From contig CM074806.1 in assembly GCA_037447605.1 (NCBI GenBank), forward strand, positions 4,939,672 to 5,003,671: DNA of 64,000 nt, given 5' to 3'. Positions 54,301-64,000 of the stretch are shown here, one piece after another. The position numbers and the translations under genes are program-made. Under the pieces are notes generated by a model, which was not told the DNA's origin, ran no database searches, and saw nothing but the letters and a program-made list of their open reading frames with translations. Each line of letters begins with the position of its first letter. Positions within the stretch are counted from its first letter, which is position 1. Origin of the DNA: Zygnema circumcarinatum SAG 698-1b (lineage: Eukaryota; Plantae; Zygnematophyceae).

Positions 54301-56788
54301 AGATGCAGCGCGGGGGGCGTTTGCGGTGTCTGAGCAATTTGCACTCGTCTTCCGGCAGGTACGGCCTCTGCTTGGGGATGCTCACAGACAGATTGAACAT
54401 GAAGACACAGTTTTTGTTTCAAATCTGTTAGGTTCACTGCTCAACGTGAGTAGAAAATGCAGGTTGTAGCCACATGCTCAGCCTCCGTTGGTGATGCGCA
54501 GGGAAGACTTGCAGCAGCCCTGTGTGGTGGTGGCTGCCCACCCCTCCTTGCAGTTTGGGCCTGCCTGCCACCTGATGCACAGCTGGGCCAAGCATTCTGA
54601 CTCGCTTGTCATCTTTACTGAGGTAAATTCATCCATTTTCTGTCTGCTCGCGGGTCACGACTCCAATGCTCACTGTTGACCACTGAGTATCTGAACAGAG
54701 GTTGATTAGCATGGAGATCATTTATAGGGTCTGATGCACAGGACTCTCCCGAGGACATCACAGGCTCTTTAATGCTGGGCAGTAGGCATGGTTGCTGAGG
54801 AGTAGGCCTGCTCGGATGCTTGCGGCTCGTAAGCCCTCCCATGAGCTGGCGAGGGGTGGTCTGCAGCCGCATGCGGACCCGCAGGTCCTGCTCAGCCCCT
54901 TCCGGCCGCTTTCTGTGCGCGTTCTGCACCTTCCCGTCAGCGCACTCTGGAGGTTTGCGCCTGCGCTCAACCCGGGGGCTGCTGTGCTGCCCTTGCTTTT
55001 CACTTTCAGTCTTGCATCTTTACTTAGGCTCATGGCTTTCAGGTGTTGGTCTTGACAAACTTTTGCTTGGAGGGGTCCGTAGAACTCAGAAAACAGTTAT
55101 GGTTTTGGACCTGTCCATTTTCTGCCCGGTATCCAGAACTTGTCAGTCCTAATGATCATTTTGAGGAGGTTTTACAACGTTTAGGATACCCGAAAGACCC
55201 TGCGGCTTTTTCCAAGAAACTCACTTTCGTATATAGGACTCGTGCTTTTGTTAAAACATTTTACTCGTTTCAGTTGAATTCTTAGAAGCATGCATTTTCG
55301 CGCATTTTTTCCGGTGCATTATGCGTATTATTCCGTAAACTTCCGTTACTCAAAATATGACTTGACTTGACTCAGCCAACTATGACCAGAACTGACTGAT
55401 TTTAACAGCGAGAACGGCTAAGGAAAATTGGGAACGCGCGTCCCTGAACGTGCCGCCGCTTTTCTTTAGCCGCAAAACGCTCCTATCCTCCCCGCTATAG
55501 GGCAGCCGCTTACTCGACCGTCATAGTCCTGAGGCTATTGACGATTGAGGGCAATGCCGATGCAATGTGAGGGAGTTTTTGGGTATGTCGACTTTGAGTA
55601 AATCGGCAGTAAGGAGGCCTTCCGAGGACTCTTGTCATAGAGAGGGAAAGTGTCTAATGTCTACTGATTAACACTTTATCGTTTTGTATTGATAATGAAT
55701 TAATGATCGATGCAATTCCTGCCATTGATTGATGCCACCGATGCTATGCCATGGTATTGCCATGCCATTATGCTCTATGCTTCCTTTTTTTTTTACATGA
55801 TATCCGAACGTACCATGTTGTTGTGTGGATTTGAGATGGTCAACGCATGGTCGACGAATTTATGCGCATGCAAAAGTTATTTTGAGATTGCTTGTCATGC
55901 GCCTGAAACGCACAGTGCTTCTATGGTCGAATCAGATCGCCCTTGATAGAATTGACCGAACGTGGACAGGTCCAAGTGAATGCATTCCATTGTTCCTCGA
56001 TTATCACATTCACAGATCCCATTTTTCACCCGATCCTCGTGACTATGCAACTTCTGTCAGCTCACCATCCTGTGGCCCGCGCAGTGTCTCCGACGCGGTG
56101 CAATTTGTCGAGGAGTTACAGCCGCAGCACATTTTGGTATGCACTCAATAGCAGACAGCATTACTGAAGAAACTCTGAAACTGATCAAGGAACTGATCGC
56201 ATCTGACTGCAGTGACTTTCCATGGCGCGCCTGCATGAGGAATGCAGAGTGGCGGGGTCTGACAACGGGGGGACACTTGTCTTGTGTGCTGCGAAGGCAT
56301 CGGCCCACGTGGCCAATCTTCTAAGAGCAGGAGGGACTGCTGCTAAGGTGACAGCCTATCACGAAGGGCAGAAAATGGAGGTCGGTGCATCGACAGAAAG
56401 CAGAGATGCTGCTGTCACAGACGAGCTGCTCACGTCATTTGGCAACAGTAGAAGAGAGTCTGGACTGAAGGCGGCGCGAATCTCTGGTAGCTTGCTAGAG
56501 CACAGACAAACGTGGGAGCTCCGACCTGAAGATGGCTCTCCAAAGAAGAAAGAGCAGCTCTGGGGGTACCTGGATTTTGACGAATTGGAGAGCCGTCTAG
56601 ATGCCGCAGGCTGCAGGACTATTCAGAAGAAAGGGCCTGGGTTTTTGTTGGAAGTAGAGGGACCCAATGGGAGCACTGCTGTTCTCTCTGGTGGAGGCGA
56701 GGGAGTTGAAGTGCGCAGCAATGACAGCAGAACACGGCATGCCATACAGGGAGCACTTTTGTCCTCACGAACGCTTAAGAGTCTTTGA
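51382..56788 (+). CDS. INTS9: Integrator complex subunit 9 (inactive metallo-beta-lactamase/beta-CASP), about 9 exons
   Basis: MRLHSLS start (alternative ATG at 51466); HALLLSAPSDILALPLL..Q|VYATE across a GC-AG intron 51652-52834; VTPHSAGAGLGSCVW, AGGRVLLP, VPLFYVSHVAEELLALANTLPEWL, QQPCVVVAAHPSLQFGPACHLMHSW, LSPFRPL, LQPQHIL. Stop at 56788. Confidence 0.85.
55105..55975. mobile_element. Candidate non-autonomous DNA transposon (MITE-like, 871 bp) in an INTS9 intron
   Basis: Perfect 13-bp inverted termini TTGGACCTGTCCA (55105-55117) and TGGACAGGTCCAA (55963-55975) bracket an AT-richer non-coding interior in the gene's longest internal intron. No target-site duplication found. Confidence 0.45.
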
Positions 56789-56987
56789 GGATGCGGTGTT
56801 TTACGACCCTCTGCCAGCTTCTTCCACAGCATGTTAAGGAACCGTAAGTGGTCGATGCTCTGCAGCGCCTTGCTTTCTTGCAAAACATCTCCTTGGCTGG
56901 GTTTTTAGGCCGAGTCCGAGCCCGAGCCCTCCTGAGGAGAGGAGGGCGTTACATGTGGGGCGTTCGTGTTAACGAATGAGTGGCGAC

Positions 56988-57003
56988 CACGTGGCGTCAC
57001 GTG
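56988..57003. promoter_or_regulatory. Tandem G-boxes CACGTGGCGTCACGTG between INTS9 and the RRM gene
   Basis: CACGTG at 56988 and 56998. Confidence 0.4.
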
Positions 57004-58383
57004 ATCGTGGGATGCCGCTTCTGCGCTCCACGTTGGAAACGAGCGAATCTGCGTCCTCAATCGATCGAGACGTGACGAGCCTTCATTCGGCGATGCCGTT
57101 AATGGGAGGCGACCGAAATCACGTACACAATGGGCAGGGCCCTGTGGCCCCGTCCTGCCTCTCTTTCTGGCCCGTGCACATGTACTGGTTGAGGCACTAG
57201 CCCTTTGCTTTTCCTATCGACTGGCGGGCTCGCCTCACCTTCCTGCTTGAATTGAATTTGTGCAGGACGCCATGCCAGGGCTTTGGAGACGCCCTTCCAC
57301 ATTCCAACCTGTATGTAAAACAACACTCAAAAGTTGTGGGAGACAAAGTTATAGCAGTAAAACACACCTGAACTGGCGGGAGAAATAAATTTGGGTCTTA
57401 GAGATTCTATTAGTAACTTGTTAAGAGAATTAGGGGAATGGTGTAGTATGCGTCATAGAGAGACCCTAGAATAGCAGCAACGAGCTGTAGAGGTGTGGTT
57501 TCGAGAATTTCCGTCACTGAAGCGATTTGTCTACTACTCAGTGCAAGGAGCCTGCCGCATGTAGCGCGCTTTTTTTTGTGCCCTTAGTCCCGAAATGTCT
57601 TGTTTCTTTTCGGGCTGTATCAATCAAGTACGAACCGCTGTTGACATTGATTTGCCTTTCATTTGTCACTAGCCTTATGGTGGAGTGACCAAGAACTCAT
57701 CTTTGTCCATGGAAAGATATTAAGGAGCCACGCAACCGGAAGTTCAATAATGAAGAAAATGAAGTGGCATTGATCTCGCGAAAACGACGCCATCAAATTT
57801 CCTCGACAAAGACGATAATGAGGATAATGCAGGCAGTATGCGGTCAATCCGCTGTCATTTTGGTGCGATGCATTTTATTCGCACTTCTGTTCATGCTTGC
57901 TTCGGTCCGCATGTTCAGACTGCGCTGCCGACTGTGCCCTCCCTCCCTCCCTCCCTCCCTCCATCCCTCCCTCCCTCTGGCTGATGGTCCGTCCGTCGGT
58001 CCGTCCGTCCGTCCGTCCGTCCGTCCCCTGGAGGGAGCGCGTCCCGGCGCGCCTCCCCATTCGCAAAAAGGCGATAACGCCGCGCATCGACGGCCCGAGT
58101 GCGGCGCGGACCGCCGCGGACGGACGGCCGCGATCGCGCGATTGCCCCCGCGGGGGCCGAGTGAGCGCACTGCCAGGTGGGCCCCGCCCGCCCGCCCGCC
58201 CGCCCGCCCGCCCGCCCCGCCTCATCTCGCCCCGCCTCGCCTCTTCCGCCTCCCCGTCTCCCTGCCCCTCTCGTGCTCCCTCTCTCTCTCGCTCGCTCCA
58301 CCTCCCTCCTCCTTCTCCCTCTCCCTGGCAGTCGCTGTCTCCCGCGCTGCGAAGGCACGAGGGTGGGCGGAGAAGAAGTCGCA

Positions 58384-61300
58384 ATGCAGTCGGCGGAGCA
58401 GCAGGCGGGGCACGAGCCTCAGGGGGCGTGGGGGGCCCAGTCGTACGGCCAGCCGGGGCCCAGCGGGCAGGACGAGCTGAAGACGCTGTGGGTGGGCGAT
58501 CTGCAGTTCTGGATGGACGAGACCTACCTTTGGAATTGCTTTGCGCACACGGGGGAGGTGAGTTGGGGAACGGCCTGCTCGCACGTGCGAGTTGTGGCAC
58601 AATTCGTATGTGTAAAAGCACAGGATGGGTAACAGCAGCAGTTTTACAGGCGAAGGGATGTGGAGAGGCTTTCTATCTGCGCAGTTCCTGCAATAACTAC
58701 AGCGCTTCCTTGCTTGGTCACAAAGAAATTCGCTGTATTCTTTTGCGTTATTCAGACTTGGCCACAAGGAGCCCGCAAATGCTTTGTACGGGATGAATAT
58801 TTCGGACGATGGGCATACACATGAAGCGACGATAATTTTCATGACTAAGCTATTTGACTGTGCCGCATCTTGAAGCATATGGCACGCGGAATTGGGATTC
58901 CAGTCGCGTAGTTCTTGTGATTACCTTCAGCTGACGTTTTTTGTCAGAATCACGAGCAAGTCATTCTTTACAGTTGTTGCATCAAAATTCCGTTGGGGTT
59001 GCCTGGATTGTCCTCCTTTCTGTCCTTTGACGACCTAGCAGTTGATTGCATCGTGCCAAGTTGGGGAATCAAGGGATTTCAAGATTAAAGCCTCGTCTAC
59101 CGGCTTGGGCCGTCTTGTTGTGCCGTCTGTGCTTTGTTCATAAACAACCAAGAATGCTTCACGCTGACATTCTTGCACGACTTGGCGGCTCATCTATAAA
59201 TCATCTCAAGAGCTTCTTTTTGCCATTTTTTGTCTTCTACCATGTTTCCACACTTGCGCTATCTGTGGCGCATGTAAACTATGGTCGTTTGTTGCAGTTA
59301 TGAACAAGGGTTTAGCTGGAATATACTCTCACCTCCCAAGGGCCATTTGATTTCATGCTTCTCCATAGCGGCTCCATGTTTCTCCTGTGTGCATTCTGGA
59401 GTAGTAGATGAGCCTGGCTGACACAATGGCGGATTCAACGCTTCTATTCTCAGGTTCAATCTGTGAAAGTTATCAGGAGCAAGGCAACGGGGCAGTCCGA
59501 GGGATACGGCTTTGTGGAGCTGGTCTCTCGTGCAGCTGCTGAGCGGCTTCTACAGAGTTTCAACGGGCAGCAGATGCCGCAGTCTGAGCAGGCATTTCGC
59601 ATGAACTGGGCCTCATTTGGGATTAACGAAAGGAGGTGGGTCCCGTTCTGTTTCAATAATACTGAAGGGCGTGCATTATGCATTGGGAGTCCAGATTCCA
59701 GTTTGATACAATTTTTATGCAAGATTCGCCATGCAGTTTTGTGATGTTGAAAGTAGCTATTTCCAGAAGGGCTATTTCCAGATTGACCTTCGACTCAAAT
59801 TGACTCAGTGAAAATAATTGAACTGCTTATTGTGACAACTTATTGCAGTCTGCATGTTTCAGGCCTGAACCCGGTCCAGAATTCTCAGTCTTTGTTGGAG
59901 ATTTGGCAAATGATGTAAACGACTACGTCTTGACAGAAACTTTTCGAGCTCGATATCCTTCCGTCCGAGGTGCAAAGGTATCCCTCACTACCATGCGCCT
60001 CCTATTTGCTAGTTTTCGATAGAAGAAGCTGTACCCGTTCACTCGAGGCGGAGCTTTGTCCTCGTTAAGTTGGAATTAAGGGTAATTATTCACAAATTGC
60101 CGATGAGGAAAACAACGTGATGCATGTCTTAGCTTGGAAGAGGAATGCGTGTGCCCCAATCGGCTGTTGTCTTAGGGTCCTATCACCAGCTTGCAGGGTT
60201 GGGATGCAACTGTAGAATGATGTGCCGCAGTGGTAGTGCGACACGACATTCCTTTCACCCTGCCCTTGTAGCTCTGACGTCGTTTGGATTTGCCCCAGGT
60301 TGTAACGGACACTGTAACGGGAAGGTCAAAGGGTTATGGTTTTGTCCGATTTGGCTTAGAGGAAGAGCGTGACCGCGCACTAAAAGAGATGAATGGGGAA
60401 TATTGCTCTAATCGTCAAATGAGGATCAGCGTAGCCACTCCCAAAAAAACTCCATCAGGTTTAACACTTGACCTTCAGCATGTCGCTGTCCACGCAAGCC
60501 CCGTAGAAAAGAAATTTCGACTGCACGTTTCTGTTGACTAGAGACATTTGACATTTGACATTTTTCCTCTTACATTGAAGGTGGAAATAGCAGTTTTCTC
60601 CATAATTTGTCTACGCATCTCTATACGCCCATCGAGTCCCTTTCCCTCCTATATTTTTAGTCTGACTTGTCGTAAGGCCGCTGTTGAAATTTGTGGGATG
60701 CAATTGGATAGCTCCGATGGCGGCTGCCCCTCAGCCAGGGTACGGCGCACAAGCATTCACCAGCACCGATAATGACCCCGGCAATACGACAGTATGCTCT
60801 GACGAATGCACTACTCGGGCTTGATTCAAGTTTTGGTGTTGTTGCGCATGTCACTTTGCCATTTGCTTTGTATCCTTCTGCTGTTCGTAGGTACTGCATT
60901 GCGGCAAGAATGGCTGGGTGATAACTTTTGCTCTGCTCGTCTGCACGGGGGGGATCTACCAGATTTTTGTAGGAGGATTGGATCCAACCGTTTCTGATGA
61001 TGAGCTACGGCAGGCTTTCGCCCCGTATGGAGAGTTGGTTTACGTGAAAATTCCGTATGGAAAAGGATGTGGATTTGTGCAGTTTGTGCACCGGTGGGTT
61101 CCATCAATATTTTTGTGGCCCTGTCTGTGTTTCTCAAACAATTGTAGTGATCTCATCAATGAGACGTAGGCTTCCCTTATCATGGCAATTTCAAGTTTCT
61201 GTTTTTCTTGTGATTGTATTTCGTTCATGTCGAGAAGTTCTTCTTCTTCATCAGCAGTGCTTGTGCTTTGCGCGCAGAGTGAACGCCGAGGAAGCCTTGC

Positions 61301-63198
61301 GGCGGCTGCACGGCACAGTCATTGGCCAGCAGGCGGTGCGACTCTCCTGGGGACGCAATCCTGCGGCGAAGCAGGTAGGCTGTTCTATTCACTTGCTGCG
61401 CGTACACTAAAAACCCTTTGTCGATAACCTGTTTTGGAGGAGAACCTTTGAAACCTGACCACTCATTCGCCAACCACTGGCTCGACCTATTGGGTCATGC
61501 ATAGTTAAGGTTGGTCTGTGTGCCAAGTAGTTGAACCGTAGATGGCTCAGAAGATTTAACCATATTTGTAACCGGATCACACATTTTTTGATAGTCGTTC
61601 ATGAAGCCGGAGGATTGTAGAACGTTGTTTAATTCTTGCTTTCATTTCTTGAGGCATGTTCTTGGATGAAAAAAGTGACTTGGAAAATTCACTAAATCAT
61701 GACCATGTATTTTGTGTGAACGAACACATATAACAGCACTTATTATTACAGGATACAAGTTCCACTTGTCGTCAGCGGGTGTTCAGTCTCCAGTTCTCGC
61801 TCACTCCATTTCATGCTTTTTTTCATGCTTTGGACTTCTTCCTTTTTATTGGAAATTTTTATCTATCACTCTTGACCTTCCTGCTACATTATCAAGTTGT
61901 AAGCGGCTATATATCGGAGCCAAGCTCCCTCCCTTTTTATCGGCGTCACATGAATTCACTTGTCCCGTCCATTTTTCAAGTCTTGCTACTTTGCGTGTGG
62001 TTCAGAGGCATTCTCAGGTTGGAGGGTGGTCGGGAGTTCCTCAAGATCCCAATGCCTGGAATCAGCAGCAGCAGCAGCAGCAGCAACAACAGGGATACTA
62101 TGGATACGGTCCTGGTTATGACCAGTACGGTTATGCCCAAGACTTCAATGCTTATGGCTATGGAGGATACTATGGAGGGTATCAGCAGCAGGTCAGTGTT
62201 TCACTATATCACGCTCATGTGTGTTCTCCCTTCTCTGTTTTTTGAGTCCTTTCGCTCCTGCGTCCTGGCGCAATGCACTTAAGGATTCAGGTTTTTTCGC
62301 TCGATTTCGTGATTGTTGTTTTTTTTTTTTTCTGTACTCCATTGCTCGTCCAGAAAGGAGTAGGAATGCTTTGTTCATTTATTGAGGTATCAACTGCTTT
62401 CTTTATCGGAGAATTTAATGTTGAAACCCTGGTGGCTGCGATCTGCCTATCGGCTTTCTTTTTGAGATGTCTTGGAGTGGTTGCCTGCAGCCAATGGCGT
62501 ATGGTGGGCCCAATATGGGTGGGGCTCCTGCTGCCCCTCCTCCCAGGCATGCCAAGGTGAGATAAGTTTCTAACCATGTACACAGAAAGCATTGCGTAAA
62601 TTGTTGATACTTGCAAACTTGTCGTTTGTTCAGAATTGTGTTGACGGCAGGTAGTTGTGCTCGTGTCATCGATGCGTCAAACACGACTTCAAGTTGACCA
62701 GTACATCCTGGAGCACGATCGTTCGAAAAATCTGTTTAATGTCGTAAGGTTTATTGAGTTGAGTTATGCTAACGAGGCACACTATGGCTGCAGCACGGAG
62801 GCCATCACCAGGGTGGCGGTGGAGGGGAGCGCAGAGAGGAGGAGGTGTTTGACCCCATGGCGCCGCCAAATGTGGACCGGTATGGCTTGAGAGGATTCTG
62901 TCCCTTGAACTCTCTGGTGGTGCCGCCGAGCCCATAGCTCCTGCTTCGTTGGTTGCGAGGTCAGGTCTGGTGGTGTTGCAATTACTTGACCGCATGCAGC
63001 CCGTGTTCCGATGTTGGCTGTGCTGGTCAGCAAACTGAAGGTCTGGAAGGACGGCCTCTTCTCTCTGGCTTTCTTTTTTGGCTAAAACTCCTTCCACTGT
63101 GTTTTGGCAGGATGAATCAGGCATACACAGCTTCCCACGATCCCTCCATGGGGCAGCATTTGTGGCTGAAGCCCCCAGAAAGCTCCATCACAGCCTGA
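58384..63198 (+). CDS. RBP45/RBP47-type polyadenylate-binding protein (3 RRMs, Q/G/Y-rich tail, TRNAU1AP-like C-terminal motif), 11 exons
   Basis: KTLWVGDLQFWMDETYLWNCFAHTGE, KVIRSKATGQSEGYGFVE, FRMNWASF, SVFVGDLA, GRSKGYGFVRF, DNDPGNTTIFVGGLD, KIPYGKGCGFVQF, VRLSWGR, EVFDPMAPPNVDRMNQAY. Stop at 63198. Confidence 0.93.
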
Positions 63199-64000
63199 TG
63201 CTGTACTCTATCGGGATTGTAGACTGACTTCCAGTAGCAGATTCCATTCGAGTTTGCGTTTTGTTCTGGGTTCCAAAGATGCGTTCCTGGAAATTTGCGT
63301 AGGCCAGCATGCTTTTGTTTTTCTTGTTTCAGGTCGGCTTTTTTGAATGGAGGCAGCAGCAGTAGAGTTTCACAGGACAGTTACGGAAGTGAAAGGAATT
63401 AGTGTACGATGTAGGATGCGAAGCGCAGGTGTAGGGGGGCGAGGGAGAGGGAGAGGGAGAGGGAGAGGGGCCGGGCAGCAACTCCCTCGCTGGCTGCTGA
63501 CGCTGAAGCGCGGCGCCATTGACAGCGGAACATCTGTTAGCAGAGGCCCGCCCACCATCGCACATTGCTGCGACTGAGACTAAGAGTTCCTCTGACACCA
63601 TACGTCCGAATGGTGTTTGTATTTTGCCATGTACCACTTTGTCCTTTGTCCTCTGTTTCGATTGGTTTTGTTCGAACTCCGAGTACCGCAATGCCCTGCT
63701 TGAGACATGAAAAAAAATTACTCATTCTTGAGCGCGACATACTATCTGTTGCCACGTTTCCGTTACCGACTTGAATCAGGTCCAAAGATGTGGGCATTGA
63801 ACGACGCAAATAGAAAAGCAAATTCCATTTGCTTGTCCAGAAAATCTACGTTGGAACATTGGACGACCGGCGATAGGGCGCAGGGCAGCTGGCCGGACCG
63901 CATGGGGGGGGATTGAGCCTTGGCCTCAGGAGCTGAACCAGACTTGATTGCAATGAGCCAGATTTTACAATTTTTAATTTTTGATTTTTAATTTTTTAAT

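Noticed and set aside
57764-58796. Several 150-300 aa overlapping ORFs
   Set aside because: GC-rich leader microsatellites ((CCGT)n, (GCCC)n). Only 58384-58557 is exon 1 of the RRM gene.
59978-60298. U12-type intron (donor GTATCCCT) in the RRM gene; also GTATCCTT at about 2284
   Set aside because: The donor deviates from GTATCCTT and no TCCTTAAC branch site lies near the acceptor. The 2284 site gives the wrong phase.
63329-63960. Possible 3' exons of a minus-strand gene entering from beyond the window
   Set aside because: Plausible splice sites exist, but frames are ambiguous and no motif is recognisable without the upstream sequence.

Overview
Eukaryotic nuclear DNA: intron-rich, GC-rich exons, GT/GC-AG splicing, plant-type proteins. 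A streptophyte green alga is the best fit (inference, not proven). Most entries in the ORF track are exon fragments or shadow frames. Splicing by hand gives 11 recognisable genes: plastid-type 2,3-BPG-dependent phosphoglycerate mutase (+), RIO2 kinase (-), MYBBP1A/Pol5 (-), DnaJ10-like paralog 1 (+), WDR82/Swd2 (-), DnaJ10-like paralog 2 (+), FREE1/FYVE1 (+), PAT1 (+), M1 aminopeptidase N (+), INTS9 (+) and an RBP45/47-type 3xRRM protein (+). No rRNA, tRNA or CRISPR array is supportable. Main observations: (1) intron 5 of MYBBP1A is largely an AT-rich, open-frame fragment resembling bacterial PNPase (pnp), suggesting captured foreign DNA; (2) a candidate six-exon orphan gene, missing from the ORF track, lies between PAT1 and the aminopeptidase; (3) a 19/5/12-nt microexon chain and several GC-AG introns; (4) a polarised 50-bp tandem array and recurring CATG satellites and GTACAGTAC motifs at promoters; (5) unusual domain additions: a SAP/ARMET_C-like tail and Phe-motif exons on the DnaJ paralogs, and an extra zinc ribbon in FREE1. 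All gene models and counts are manual; no database search was run.
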